Assembly: GCA_965284645.1 (NCBI GenBank)
Contig: OZ260106.1
Location: forward strand, 3,979,160 to 4,043,159
Direction: 5' to 3'
DNA from: an uncultured Bacteroidia bacterium
GTDB lineage: Bacteria; Bacteroidota; Bacteroidia; JAIBAJ01
Length of the DNA: 64,000 nucleotides
In this document: positions 30,264 through 40,883 of the stretch, in pieces
Numbering within the stretch: the first letter of the stretch is position 1
Layout of the letters: the number at the start of each line of letters is the position of its first letter
Made by a program: the position numbers and the translations under genes
The notes under the pieces: model-generated
Databases searched by the model: none
What the model saw: the letters and a program-made list of their open reading frames with translations, nothing else
What the model was told of the DNA's origin: nothing

Positions 30264-31658
30264 TTAATACCCCAGGATTTTCAACATATTCTTGTAACTC
30301 TGTTCTTTTGCAAACAAACGCGTTACAACTTCATCGTTCTCATCCAGATCAATTAATACATGCTTTGGTGCTGGAACTAAACAATGTTGAATACCACCGT
30401 AACCTCCCAAACTTTCTTGGTAAGCTCCTGTATGAAAGAAACCTAGATATTGTGGCGTATCCTTATCTGCTTTAGGAAGAAAAATCTGGTTAAGATGAGC
30501 TTCTGAGTTATAATAATCCTGGCTATCACAGGTAATTCCACCAAGGTTAACCCGTTGGTAGTCCTTCTCCCAATTATTGATAGCCAACAAAATAAAGCGT
30601 TGTGAAATACCCCAAGTATCGGGCAAGGTTGTAATAAAGGAACTGTCGATCATGTACCAAAGCTCACTGTCGTTCTGAAGCTTTTGTCCAAGAACGGAAT
30701 ACAAGGTTGCACCACTTTCCCCAACTGTGTAGGAACCAAACTCGGTAAATAAGTTCGGTTCGGCAACATCATTTTCTTCACATACATGTTTGATACGCGT
30801 TACAATAGCCTCAATCATGTACTCATAATCGTATTCAAAGTTAAGGGAAGTCTTAATCGGCATACCTCCACCAATGTTCAAACTATCCAATTCAGGACAA
30901 ATTTTCTTCAACTGGCAATATACATCAAGACACTTTTTAAGCTCACTCCAGTAATAAATACTGTCTTTAATTCCAGTATTTATAAAGAAATGCAACATCT
31001 TTAGTTCAAAATTAGGATTGTTTTCTATCTCATTTTTATAGAAGTCAACAATATCCTTGTAACGAATGCCGAGTCTGGAAGTGTAGAATTCAAACTTAGG
31101 CTCTTCTTCGCAGGCGATTCGTATACCTAATTTAGTTTTCTTGGTTAAGTATTGTTTATAGTAATTCAACTCATCCATATTATCCAATACAGGAGTAACA
31201 TTCTCAAATCCATCATTAATTAGTTCAACAATGTATTCTTGATAGGTATCTCTTTTAAATCCGTTACAAACAATGGTAAGTTTTTTGTCAATTTTATTCT
31301 GCTCGTGCAAGGCCCGAATTATCTGAATATCGTAGGCTGAAGAAGTCTCCAATTGGGCACCATTCTCAAGCACTTCCTCCATAATAAAGGAAAAATGAGA
31401 ACTTTTTGTACAGTAACAATAGGTATAGTTTCCTTTGTAATCTGTTTTGGCAAAGGCCACGTTGAACATCCGTTTAGCCTTTTGAATCTGTTGGGAAATT
31501 TTAGGTAAATAGCTTATTTTTAAAGGAGTACCATATTGTTCAATGATATCCATCAAATTTATTCCATTGAAGTAAAGTTCATTATCAATTACTTCGAAAC
31601 CTTCTTGTGGAAACTCAAAGGTTTGGGATATTAAGTCGTGGTAGCTATTTATTTCCAT
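30264..31658 (-). CDS. PLP-dependent decarboxylase of the Orn/DAP/Arg decarboxylase (alanine-racemase-fold) family, likely the short-form arginine decarboxylase
   Basis: N-terminal YGTPL...CTKSS(PLP-Lys region) and C-terminal GGGMPI motifs. 464 aa. Confidence 0.5.
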   Translation of the reverse strand: MEINSYHDLISQTFEFPQEGFEVIDNELYFNGINLMDIIEQYGTPLKISYLPKISQQIQKAKRMFNVAFAKTDYKGNYTYCYCTKSSHFSFIMEEVLENGAQLETSSAYDIQIIRALHEQNKIDKKLTIVCNGFKRDTYQEYIVELINDGFENVTPVLDNMDELNYYKQYLTKKTKLGIRIACEEEPKFEFYTSRLGIRYKDIVDFYKNEIENNPNFELKMLHFFINTGIKDSIYYWSELKKCLDVYCQLKKICPELDSLNIGGGMPIKTSLNFEYDYEYMIEAIVTRIKHVCEENDVAEPNLFTEFGSYTVGESGATLYSVLGQKLQNDSELWYMIDSSFITTLPDTWGISQRFILLAINNWEKDYQRVNLGGITCDSQDYYNSEAHLNQIFLPKADKDTPQYLGFFHTGAYQESLGGYGGIQHCLVPAPKHVLIDLDENDEVVTRLFAKEQSYKNMLKILGY

Positions 31659-31784
31659 AATTTTTAATCCGCGTAAGTTAGATTGGCAAATTTTTGCAAA
31701 TGTAAGTAAGTTGGATTAATTTTTTGGACCAAAAAGAATACAATTACCCCTTTAATGATAAAAAAACTAAAAAGAAGTAAACAA

Positions 31785-33041
31785 TTAATTAGCTGGTAGA
31801 ACAAGTGTAGTTAATTCACCAAAACCAACTCGGATACCCTCCTTTTCACACCATCCCTTCAATACAACGGTATCTCCATCTTGAATAAATTTACGTTCTG
31901 TTCCATCCGACATCTGAACTGGATTTTTACCCCCCCAAGTTATTTCCAGCATGGAACCAAAGGAACCTTGTTCGGGTCCACTAATGGTTCCCGACCCATA
32001 CAGATCCCCCGTACGAATATTACATCCATTGCTGGTTTGATGAGCCAACTGCTGGTTCATATTCCAGTACATATATTTAAAATTACTTCGGCTCACACAA
32101 GTAGGATCTGCTGATGGAGGCTTAATATACACTTCAAGGTTTAAATCAATATTCTTCTTCCCTTGGTATTCTAAATAGGGTAACACCTTTGGTTCTTGTA
32201 CTGGACCGTCCACTCGAAATGGCTCCAAGGCATCCATTAGTACAACCCAAGATGAAATAGATGAAGCAAAGTTCTTTGCTAAAAATGGCCCCAAAGGCAC
32301 ATATTCCCACTTTTGGATGTCCCGGGCACTCCAATCATTGAACAAAACCATGCCCCAAATATGTTCATCGGCAGAAGAAGTAGAAATAGCGGAACCCAGC
32401 TCATTCTCACCACAAACAAAGAAAGCAGTTTCCAATTCAAAGTCTAATAACCTGCATGGTCCAAAACTCGGTAGAGCCTGGTCATCTGCCTTGGTTTGCC
32501 CTTTTGGTCTACGAATGGCTTTTCCAGATGGAATTATGGATGAGGCTCGTCCATGGTAGCCAACAGGTAAATGTTTCCAATTCGGTAAGAGCGCATTAGC
32601 AGGGTCGCGAAACATTTTTCCGACATTGGTGGCATGTTCAATACTAGAATAAAAATCTGTATAATCACCAATTTGAACAGGTAAATGCAAGTCACAAAGG
32701 TGCATAGGAATTAACACCTCATGCAGACTAGGATGCTCTTTCAAACGGGTATTCTCTTCCAAAAGCAAACGTTGAATTTGCAGCCTCAATTTCGAAGCAG
32801 CAGGACGACCTAATGCCATGATTGGATTCAAATAGTCTTGAATTAATACCTCTGGGTTGGAAAAACCTTCTAATAAACCCAAGTTGTAAACTCCATTCAA
32901 ATCAATACAATAATCGCCTATGGCCACTCCTACCCTCTTCCTTCCATCTTGGGTACTGAATATTCCGAAGGGTAAATTATAAATTGAAAAATCATGGTTT
33001 TCGGGAATCGAAAGCCAGGATTGTAAAAGGGAATTGGCCAT
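31785..33041 (-). CDS. fahA: Fumarylacetoacetase
   Basis: N-terminus DFSIYNLPFGIFST...RVGVAIGDYCIDL is nearly colinear with eukaryotic/bacterial FAH. Size 418 aa. Confidence 0.8.
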   Translation of the reverse strand: MANSLLQSWLSIPENHDFSIYNLPFGIFSTQDGRKRVGVAIGDYCIDLNGVYNLGLLEGFSNPEVLIQDYLNPIMALGRPAASKLRLQIQRLLLEENTRLKEHPSLHEVLIPMHLCDLHLPVQIGDYTDFYSSIEHATNVGKMFRDPANALLPNWKHLPVGYHGRASSIIPSGKAIRRPKGQTKADDQALPSFGPCRLLDFELETAFFVCGENELGSAISTSSADEHIWGMVLFNDWSARDIQKWEYVPLGPFLAKNFASSISSWVVLMDALEPFRVDGPVQEPKVLPYLEYQGKKNIDLNLEVYIKPPSADPTCVSRSNFKYMYWNMNQQLAHQTSNGCNIRTGDLYGSGTISGPEQGSFGSMLEITWGGKNPVQMSDGTERKFIQDGDTVVLKGWCEKEGIRVGFGELTTLVLPAN

Positions 33042-33043
33042 TT

Positions 33044-33814
33044 TTATAAGAAGTAAAATTGATAATCGTTCGGAACAAAGGTAGAATGAACATGGTTATG
33101 CACCAACTCCCTAAAATCAACTTTTCCTTCGGCATCCACGCGTATTATGGTAGAACAAACTGTACCATACCGGGGTGAAGAAATAAATACAGAAGAAAGC
33201 ATTTCTTCAACTTCTGGTGGCACTCCAGTTTGTGGCAATTCCGCTAAAGGGAATTTTCTTGGATCCAAAACCAAGTTCTGTAGGTCATCTAAGCCTAAGT
33301 TATTTATCGCAATTAAGTTGTCTAACCCAGCTTTCATCCATTTCATTTTAGGCCAAGGGGTATTCAAAAAAGCATTGCTTATACCATGAATGCCAGATTC
33401 AATCTTTTCAACTTGCCTTTGAATATTGGATGCATAACAAAAATCCACTTTTTGAATTTCTCCAACAACCAAATTATAGCCATTGTACCGATCCCATTTT
33501 GCTTTCAATGTTTCGCAATAGTCAATTGGTGAAAGGTCTGAGGAAAGAAAATCGTGAACCAATAGTCCGCGTGAAGAAGGTAAATCCTTTATTTGACTTG
33601 GGTCTCTATAGTTCGTAACCATAGCAAACCTGCCAGATTTGGAGATTCCTAACCAAGTTCCACCTTTCTCTAAGTCAATTCCTGAAAGTATAAAACCATC
33701 TTTTCCATGAAAATGGGCTACTTTGGTAGGTCGATGCAGAAATTCATCCCGATTGGCAATTAGTATGAACGGGAATTCGGAATGGTTGCCTAAAGAAAAG
33801 ACATTGATGCACAC
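33044..33814 (-). CDS. NRDE-family (TANGO2-like) protein
   Basis: The eponymous motif is in the N-terminus: FPFILIANRDEF. Confidence 0.75.
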   Translation of the reverse strand: MCINVFSLGNHSEFPFILIANRDEFLHRPTKVAHFHGKDGFILSGIDLEKGGTWLGISKSGRFAMVTNYRDPSQIKDLPSSRGLLVHDFLSSDLSPIDYCETLKAKWDRYNGYNLVVGEIQKVDFCYASNIQRQVEKIESGIHGISNAFLNTPWPKMKWMKAGLDNLIAINNLGLDDLQNLVLDPRKFPLAELPQTGVPPEVEEMLSSVFISSPRYGTVCSTIIRVDAEGKVDFRELVHNHVHSTFVPNDYQFYFL

Positions 33815-33820
33815 GTTGGT

Positions 33821-36800
33821 TTATTTACTTCGAACCAAGGTAACATGACCACGGTAAATGTGGAATTTATTATGTACATCCGTTATTTCAAACACATACA
33901 CGTACACATCTTGTTTGGCGAAATCCTCCGAATTTCTCAGTTTACCATCCCAACCTAAATTAGGATCTTTGCTTTTATAAACCGTTTCACCCCAACGGTT
34001 ATAAATACGCATTTCATACGATTTAATACCAACGCCATAACCATTAAATACTTCATTCAAATCATCCTTACTATCTTGTGGGGTAAAGGAGTTTGGAATA
34101 TAAAATACAAAATCAGGACGAATAATTGTTGGACGAACAACAGTATCTCTACAACCAAATCTATTCTCTACCATCAAAGTAGTGTTATAGGTACCAGAAT
34201 CAGGGAAAAGATATACAGGGTTTTGAAGGGTGCTTACATCACTAATGCTATCTTCAACACCAAAATTCCACCACCATTGGTTTACTTCCAAAATACTTAA
34301 GTCGGTAAAGGTTATCCAAGCATCCAATTCCGTAGCCGGCTGTGGATCGATGGCAAAATCAGCTACTGGTTTTGGCCACACTTCAATCATGGAAGGAATG
34401 GTTAACGAATCTTGGCACCCATCGCTAGTTGTCAAAATAAGTTGCACATCGAAACTACCATAGCTATCATAAATATTAGTGGCACGACTAGCATCATCTG
34501 AGAAATGGGCATCGCCAAAATTCCAACGCCAAAAATCAACTGTGTACCCAGTTGGATTTGGCACTAAATCAGTAAAGGTGGCTTCCAATGGCTGACAACC
34601 TTCAATGGTATCAGAAAGGAAGGATACTACTGGTAAAGGATTTACAATTACTTCTTTGGTAGTATCTATTACACAGTTATCATCAGTGGTAGCTTGCAAA
34701 GTCACTTGGTAGGTACCAGCAGCAGGGTACAAGTAGGTAGGGAAACTATCCGTGGAAGTAGCACCTGGAACACCAAAATCCCATAACCATGAATCAACTT
34801 TCCCTGGCGCAGGCATTTGAGTTGTATTAAAGAAAGTGGAAACGTGCGTGCTACAAGCTGGATCGGCAAAGAAATCAACCAAAGGTATAGGATAAACAAT
34901 GGCGTTTTTTGTTATATCATTGGAACATCCATGGTTTGTTGTAACCGTTAAATCCACCGAAAACGGTCCAAAATTGGTGTAGAAGTACTGAGGATTTTGC
35001 AAATTGGAAGTCCCTTCTGGAGGTCCGTCACCAAAAGACCAAGCCCAAGTATCGATAACATCATTAAAAAGGTTGGAAACTATAGAGGAATCAAGGAAAA
35101 TTGCTGGGCTTTTTAAGCAAGAAGGTGCTACATAGAAATTGACCAAAGGAAGTGGATAAATATTCACTTCTTGGGTATCCTTATCAACACAGCCATTCGC
35201 CGAAGCCATGGAAAGAATTACCTCATAAGGGCCTGCTGTATTGTAAGTAACGGTTGGATTATTTTGAGTATTGTAAGGGAAATTGATAAAAGGCGTTCCA
35301 AAACTCCAATATGGGGTTATCGGTCCATCGGCATTGGTAGAATTATTGGTAAAGCTAATTGGAAAGCCCGTACAAACATTGGTAAATGTAAAATCAGTCT
35401 GTGGACGAGAATACACCAACACATCAATAGTTGTATCGCTTACACATCCAAAGTTGGTGGTAACTTTAAAATTTACCGGTTTGGTACCATAAGAGCCGAA
35501 TATAAACTGAGGATATTGCTCCGCATTTCCTGTATCAACTCCTTCACCTAGGTTAAAATTCCAATCAAATCCAACAAGCACATCAGGATTTGCTACAGCC
35601 CCAGCCGAAGAAAAATCTGTTTGAATGCCTTCACAAACAGTAGTCGCAGAAAAATTGGCAATTGGATCAGGGTGAACTATCACATTTTGAAAGACATTTG
35701 CAATACAACCTGAATCTGATACTACCTGCAATTGCACGCCGGGAGTTCCTCCTACATTAAAGGTATAGGAAGGATTCTCGTTGTTGTCAACCGAAGGAGG
35801 AATGGAATAAAAAGTCCAATTAAAATTAGTTATGGTTCCCGACGAAATAGTTGATGTGTTTGTAAAATCCATTGGAAAGCCTGCGCAAACCTCGGTACTT
35901 GTAAAACTTGGAACGGGTATAGGATTTACAAAAATCTGCATTGAATCGGGGGCAGAAACACAGTTATATATAGTGGAAACAGTCAGAAAAACAGTATATG
36001 GACCTGGAGCTAAATAGGGATAGCAAGGATTAATCGCTCCTGAGGTACCTAATGGAACATCTCCAAATGTCCAATTGAACGTATTGATAGCATCTATGGC
36101 TGAACTTGAATTATTCAAGAAACAAATTTGCGTTCCCAAACAGGTATTTGGATTATTTCCTAAGGAAAAATCGGCTACTGGAATGTTTCCAACGTGTACA
36201 AACTTTGAAAACGAATTCACACATCCTAACGCATCCGTTACAGTGAGCTGAACCGAAAAATCGCCAGCAGCGGAATAAGCAAAAGAAGTGTTCTGCAAAT
36301 TGGAAGTATCAGCTGGATTACCAGTACCAAACTCCCAACTCCAACTTGCAATACCGCCATTTAAAGAGGTTGAACCATCTGTAAACAAAGTAGTAATACC
36401 CAAACATTCGTCGGTATTTGAAAAGAAGGGAACTGGCAAACGGTTCACCGTAACCTGAATTGTGGTATCGTTCACACAACCATTGGCATCGGTAGCCTCA
36501 ATAATCACATTCGCTGGACCAAAATTATTAAAGGTATGCGTTGCGGTTGGTCCGTTGGCCACTTGACCAGGTCCAAAATTCCAATTCACATTAGCAATTC
36601 CTCCTCCTGTGCTGGTTGAAACATCGGTAAATGTAACCGGAACACCCACACAGATATTGGGTACTGTAAAATCTGGTCTTGGATTAGGACTTATCGTTAT
36701 TGGATTTATGGTGGTATCCTTACAACCATTTCCATCTGTTGCAATAACCTGAACATTATAGGTCCCAGCGGCCGGATAAGTAAAGGTAGGCGATTGGGCC

Positions 36801-38119
36801 AAGGAAACAGCATTATTGATGTCGAAAGCCCAATTAAAACTTAAACCATTTGCACCAGGGGTGGTATTATTAAAACTCACAGGCACTCCCACGCAAGCAT
36901 TCGAAACGGTAAATTGGGCTGTTGGACGAGCCGTAACCGTTACCTGTTGAATTAAAGTATCAGCGCATCCGGCATTAGAACCTGCAATCAAGCGAACATC
37001 GTACACCCCACCATTAGCAAAAACATGGGTTGGATTTTGTAAGTTTGAAACGGGAGAACCATCGCCAAAATCCCATTCCCAAGTACTAATTTGGGAGTTG
37101 TTTACATTCGATAAATCAAAAAAGCTAACTATTTCTCCCGCACAAGCCGTGGTAAAATCATAGTCGGCATTTACTATACTAGGTTGAATTTGAGAGGTTA
37201 ACAAAATTTGACAACCTCCAAATGTTGTCAATCTGCAAGAGTATTGATCCCCAATAACAGGATTTGCTACTGATAAAGTTTGACTATTCCCTAAAATTGT
37301 ACCTGGAGTATTTGTTTTCCACCACTGATAAGTTGAAAACCCAGGCGGAGCAGTTAAAACAACTTGATTTGATCCGGCACAATAAGCCACATCAATAATC
37401 AAAGCCTGACATTGACCATATAAATAGGCATAACCAAAATGACCTCCTAAAGCGCAGTCACCAGTAGAGAAATCAACATTTACCACTTGATTAATGTAAG
37501 GCGTCAAATCCAAGGCACCTGTTTGCCAATTGAGGTATTGAACACCACCGCAATTGACAAAATTCCCAGGACTCGTCCCACAACCATTAGCTGCATAGTT
37601 ATAACTTGCACAGTTAGGATCAACCACCTGACCAGCAGCATTTGTAACCTTAACTTCAAATCTTGGCATTTCACTACAACTATGTCCAGAAGGATTTTCA
37701 TAAACCACTGCAAAACCATATATAAACAAGGCATTACCTGCATTTACTGGATTAATTGTATACCTTAATCGCTCTGCCTGAGCACCAATATTTGCATCCC
37801 CCAAACGGGCTACCTGCGAAATACCTGGAGGCAAAATTTGCAATCCTCCACACGTATTTGGATCAATACCTGGCGTATTAAAAATAGTATGCCTACCAGC
37901 CGCAATGCCAGGTGCACTAGCACTTATCGGACAACAAGACCCTGTAAACCCGCTCCAATTCGTAAAATTTTGATAAAAGAAATCTGAATTATCACACTGG
38001 CTTTGCGATTGAGCAATAGATAACTCGGGAATTACTACCGCAATAGCCATCCCTATTATTAACAACCACAACCTTTTGTAAAATTCCATTAGCCCATACA
38101 CTGTTTCAATGTCGGGCAA
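33821..38119 (-). CDS. Large secreted adhesin-like protein (1432 aa) with multiple PKD domains and a T9SS type-B (gliding-motility CHU_C) C-terminal sorting domain
   Basis: At least 8 repeats of the PKD signature (WxFGDG...N..H.Y...G.Y.V.L......C). The C-terminus YIPNSFTPQDSKDDLNEVF...IYNRWGETVY...GWDGK...DVYVYVFEI...GHVTLVR matches the type-B sorting-domain pattern. Confidence 0.85.
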   Translation of the reverse strand: MPDIETVYGLMEFYKRLWLLIIGMAIAVVIPELSIAQSQSQCDNSDFFYQNFTNWSGFTGSCCPISASAPGIAAGRHTIFNTPGIDPNTCGGLQILPPGISQVARLGDANIGAQAERLRYTINPVNAGNALFIYGFAVVYENPSGHSCSEMPRFEVKVTNAAGQVVDPNCASYNYAANGCGTSPGNFVNCGGVQYLNWQTGALDLTPYINQVVNVDFSTGDCALGGHFGYAYLYGQCQALIIDVAYCAGSNQVVLTAPPGFSTYQWWKTNTPGTILGNSQTLSVANPVIGDQYSCRLTTFGGCQILLTSQIQPSIVNADYDFTTACAGEIVSFFDLSNVNNSQISTWEWDFGDGSPVSNLQNPTHVFANGGVYDVRLIAGSNAGCADTLIQQVTVTARPTAQFTVSNACVGVPVSFNNTTPGANGLSFNWAFDINNAVSLAQSPTFTYPAAGTYNVQVIATDGNGCKDTTINPITISPNPRPDFTVPNICVGVPVTFTDVSTSTGGGIANVNWNFGPGQVANGPTATHTFNNFGPANVIIEATDANGCVNDTTIQVTVNRLPVPFFSNTDECLGITTLFTDGSTSLNGGIASWSWEFGTGNPADTSNLQNTSFAYSAAGDFSVQLTVTDALGCVNSFSKFVHVGNIPVADFSLGNNPNTCLGTQICFLNNSSSAIDAINTFNWTFGDVPLGTSGAINPCYPYLAPGPYTVFLTVSTIYNCVSAPDSMQIFVNPIPVPSFTSTEVCAGFPMDFTNTSTISSGTITNFNWTFYSIPPSVDNNENPSYTFNVGGTPGVQLQVVSDSGCIANVFQNVIVHPDPIANFSATTVCEGIQTDFSSAGAVANPDVLVGFDWNFNLGEGVDTGNAEQYPQFIFGSYGTKPVNFKVTTNFGCVSDTTIDVLVYSRPQTDFTFTNVCTGFPISFTNNSTNADGPITPYWSFGTPFINFPYNTQNNPTVTYNTAGPYEVILSMASANGCVDKDTQEVNIYPLPLVNFYVAPSCLKSPAIFLDSSIVSNLFNDVIDTWAWSFGDGPPEGTSNLQNPQYFYTNFGPFSVDLTVTTNHGCSNDITKNAIVYPIPLVDFFADPACSTHVSTFFNTTQMPAPGKVDSWLWDFGVPGATSTDSFPTYLYPAAGTYQVTLQATTDDNCVIDTTKEVIVNPLPVVSFLSDTIEGCQPLEATFTDLVPNPTGYTVDFWRWNFGDAHFSDDASRATNIYDSYGSFDVQLILTTSDGCQDSLTIPSMIEVWPKPVADFAIDPQPATELDAWITFTDLSILEVNQWWWNFGVEDSISDVSTLQNPVYLFPDSGTYNTTLMVENRFGCRDTVVRPTIIRPDFVFYIPNSFTPQDSKDDLNEVFNGYGVGIKSYEMRIYNRWGETVYKSKDPNLGWDGKLRNSEDFAKQDVYVYVFEITDVHNKFHIYRGHVTLVRSK

Positions 38120-38138
38120 ATATAATTATTAATCCCTA

Positions 38139-38183
38139 ATTGTTCAAAAAAAACGACCTTAATCACCTTTTTTTTGAACAATT
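38139..38183. promoter_or_regulatory. Perfect 16-bp AT-rich inverted repeat (aattgttcaaaaaaaa / ttttttttgaacaatt) with a 13-nt spacer
   Basis: Seen directly in the sequence. It lies between the purS 3' end and the adhesin gene start, and could be a weak bidirectional terminator or an operator. Confidence 0.35.
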
Positions 38184-38192
38184 GTTAAAAGT

Positions 38193-38444
38193 CTAAACAG
38201 CAGCAACCGAAAAACTATAGCTTTCCATAATCTGGTTAGCCAACAATTGTTTGCATGCCTTATCTACTTTGGCCCTGGCATCTTCCTCCGAAATAGCCTC
38301 TACCTCCAATTGTATATGCTTGCCAATCCGTACATTCGTTATCTCGGGCAATCCCAAATTTTTCATGCTTCCGCTTACAGCTTTTCCTTGTGGATCAAGC
38401 AATGCCTTCAATGGCATAACATCTATTTCGGCAATAAATTTCAT
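38193..38444 (-). CDS. purS: Phosphoribosylformylglycinamidine synthase subunit PurS
   Basis: The 84-aa core MKFIAEIDVMPLKALLDPQGKAV...IGKHIQLEVE matches PurS. The 142-aa track ORF is an upstream extension. Confidence 0.8.
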   Translation of the reverse strand: MKFIAEIDVMPLKALLDPQGKAVSGSMKNLGLPEITNVRIGKHIQLEVEAISEEDARAKVDKACKQLLANQIMESYSFSVAAV

Positions 38445-38541
38445 TGTTTTGGTTTGAAAGTGCAAAGATGGCGTAAGGATGGTTATATCAAAACCAAAAT
38501 TCATATTTTTGAATAAATTTTTAAAAGATTTTTCCGCATCC

Positions 38542-39777
38542 ATGAAACAACTCTTTTTCATCACCTGTCTTATCCTACCGTCATCACTGCTGGCCCAGGA
38601 AAAATCATACTTCCGCATCAAACAACAAACTATCCAATATTGGGCAGGGTCATGGGAAAACTACGAAAGACTTTCCTACACCTATGACACCACAGGCAAC
38701 CTCTCCGAAAAACTTAAGGAACAATTTACCCTCAATACCTCCTCCGGAAGCTGGAATTTGTTCAGCAAGGAAAATACGGTGTACGACACCTTGGATCGTC
38801 CTACCCAAACCATTACAAGCCTTTACAGCAACGGCAATTGGAATAATTATTTTAAAATTGATCTTGCCTACGATTCGCTCGGGAACCAAATCTACAAAAC
38901 CTCTAGCAATTGGCTGAATGGTCAATGGAATACCCAACTCGGTGAAAAACGTCTCTATTCCTTTAACAATAACCTGCCCGACTCGCTTATCTTTCAAAGC
39001 TGGAACACTTCTTCTTCGCAATTCGAAAACAATTCCTGTTACCGCTTCCATTTCACAAATTCGACTTTAGATTGGATAGAGGTACTCAAATGGAACAACA
39101 CTTGGACTCCCTTTCAAAAAATTCAAAACCTCAATTTCTTCCTCCCCTACTCCTCCGGCGATTTTTGGAAATGGTACCAAACTAACCTGTCGGCCTACGA
39201 AAAAATGGACAATACCAGCGCCAATTTAGTACCCTTCGAAAAAGGCCTTTTGAGCTTTCTGAATCCCGGCGTTCTGCTTTCTGAACTTTACCAACATGGA
39301 ACAAATGGCACCTGGGTCGATAGCAGTAAAACGGAGTATCAATACTACCAAAGCAATGGCCGCATCAAGGAAATCGACGAATTCAGTTTTGTAAACAATG
39401 CTTGGTACCAATACAATGGCACCTACACTACTTACACCGATAATTCTGATGGAAATATAGATTACCAAATCGAAAAAGATTGGCAAAATCAAACCTGGGA
39501 AAACCAAAAGAAAATCATTTATACCTACGAATTCCAAACGGGCCTATCCGAGTTGACAAATGCCCTTCCCATGCTTTTTCCGAATCCTGCCCAAAACGAA
39601 ATAAACCTGCCTCCAACTTCGAAAAACCAAGCCTTCCAACTGTTTACGAGCCATGGACAATTGGTTTGGGAAGGCAATTTGAATGGCCATAAAATCGATG
39701 TTTCCCAACTCATTCCCGGACTTTATTTGCTTCGGACCAAACAAGGTCAAAACCTAGGCCGTTTCATCAAAGAATAG
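38542..39777 (+). CDS. Secreted protein with a T9SS type-A C-terminal sorting domain
   Basis: Signal peptide MKQLFFITCLILPSSLLAQ. C-terminus LFPNPAQNEINL...FQLFTSHGQLVWEG...IDVSQLIPGLYLLRTK fits Por_Secre_tail. Confidence 0.7.
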   Translation: MKQLFFITCLILPSSLLAQEKSYFRIKQQTIQYWAGSWENYERLSYTYDTTGNLSEKLKEQFTLNTSSGSWNLFSKENTVYDTLDRPTQTITSLYSNGNWNNYFKIDLAYDSLGNQIYKTSSNWLNGQWNTQLGEKRLYSFNNNLPDSLIFQSWNTSSSQFENNSCYRFHFTNSTLDWIEVLKWNNTWTPFQKIQNLNFFLPYSSGDFWKWYQTNLSAYEKMDNTSANLVPFEKGLLSFLNPGVLLSELYQHGTNGTWVDSSKTEYQYYQSNGRIKEIDEFSFVNNAWYQYNGTYTTYTDNSDGNIDYQIEKDWQNQTWENQKKIIYTYEFQTGLSELTNALPMLFPNPAQNEINLPPTSKNQAFQLFTSHGQLVWEGNLNGHKIDVSQLIPGLYLLRTKQGQNLGRFIKE

Positions 39778-39806
39778 CTTTTTTTCAAGTAATAAAGACA
39801 GGATTT

Positions 39807-39955
39807 GGCGGGCCCCCTTCCGCCAAAACCGGCTTTACCCAGGAATTGACCTTGGTGCAAGGGCGGTCGGGTCACGCTTTCCGCAGTAGTCCTCGGTTTG
39901 CTCCGTTAGCACTGCGCAAACCTGTGGGCTACTTGCTGCAATCGTTGCCCGGAAG
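39807..39955 (-). repeat. Family-1 GC-rich repeat, copy E (reverse)
   Basis: GGCGGGCCCCCTTCCGCCAAAACCGGCTTTACCC...GTCCTCGG...CTGTGGGCTAC...ATCGTTGCCCGGAAG. Confidence 0.65.
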
Positions 39956-40104
39956 AAACCCCGCTCCTGGCATTGTACGTCTATTATACAGTACAAGTCC
40001 GCCCCAACCTAAAGCAATAATTTCCTAAAAAAATCCAGCCATACACCATTCGGCTTGAAGATTGAACCTAGGAATGAAGTCCTTCCACAGGAGCAGCAGA
40101 ATGA

Positions 40105-40611
40105 CTAAAATTTAGACTTGGTATCCAACAAGGTAACATTGCCTCTCAAATCGATTATGAAACAATGCGTATTCAGGTGAAAATCACGGAAAATCCTTTC
40201 AGCCAATTCCACAGCGAAATCCTTGTGGCATTTAATTTCGGACGACTTTTCAGAAAGGTCAACTTTCGAAGTATCCAACAAATTGGTGTAGGCTCCACAA
40301 TCTTCATGCTCCACAATATATACATCTTTAATATGGTGAAGTTTTATGGCCAAATCAATATGGTCGTACAAAGCCTTTCCCCAGTGAGCATACTTCTCAA
40401 AAGTCCCTTCCATAAACAAGTGGCGGCCTTTTTCAGTAGTGAGCAAGGAAGTACCCGCCAAAATAAAATGGTCGTAGCGGTTGTGCAGGTTGTCGAAATG
40501 CAGAAAATCGACCAAATTATCGGTGAGTCGCAGATCCATGCAGCTTAAAACCAAAATATTCTTTTTGGGAAGATGGTACTCTTTTACATCCGGATAGTTA
40601 AGATTGGACAT
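40105..40611 (-). CDS. Short beta-class carbonic-anhydrase-like protein (168 aa)
   Basis: Candidate zinc-ligand motifs LSCMDLRL (CxDxR) and HEDCGA (HxxCG) are spaced as in beta-class carbonic anhydrases. Overall similarity is weak. Confidence 0.45.
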   Translation of the reverse strand: MSNLNYPDVKEYHLPKKNILVLSCMDLRLTDNLVDFLHFDNLHNRYDHFILAGTSLLTTEKGRHLFMEGTFEKYAHWGKALYDHIDLAIKLHHIKDVYIVEHEDCGAYTNLLDTSKVDLSEKSSEIKCHKDFAVELAERIFRDFHLNTHCFIIDLRGNVTLLDTKSKF

Positions 40612-40883
40612 AACTTATTTGAAGTGAATAAATTTAAGGAATGAGGAAAACGAATGAAACTTTTAGCATTCAAATCATAGGATTAGAACAATAGGAATTT
40701 AGGTTATTGGCACCAAAGAAAGCCTTAATTTCAATAGAAACTACTTTTCTTGAGTATTCATCTAATTTATTACCTCTTTATTTCAAAGGTAAAATGGTAG
40801 TCTATATACCAGAACCTCCCTTTACCAAAAGGAAATGGGAAGCAAACTATAAAGGCCACCGCAAAAAGTGGTTTGGGGATGTC

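Noticed and set aside
33821-38119. Possibility that the 1432-aa PKD protein is disrupted, suggested by many internal track ORFs on the plus strand
   Set aside because: The minus-strand frame is open across the full 4.3 kb, with signal peptide, PKD repeats and an intact type-B sorting domain. The plus-strand ORFs (34076-36017, 37487-37768) are antisense noise.
40105-40611. Calling the repeat-bracketed gene a definite carbonic anhydrase
   Set aside because: Only the two zinc-ligand motifs and their spacing are recognisable, and the protein is shorter than typical beta-CAs. It is reported as CA-like with moderate confidence.
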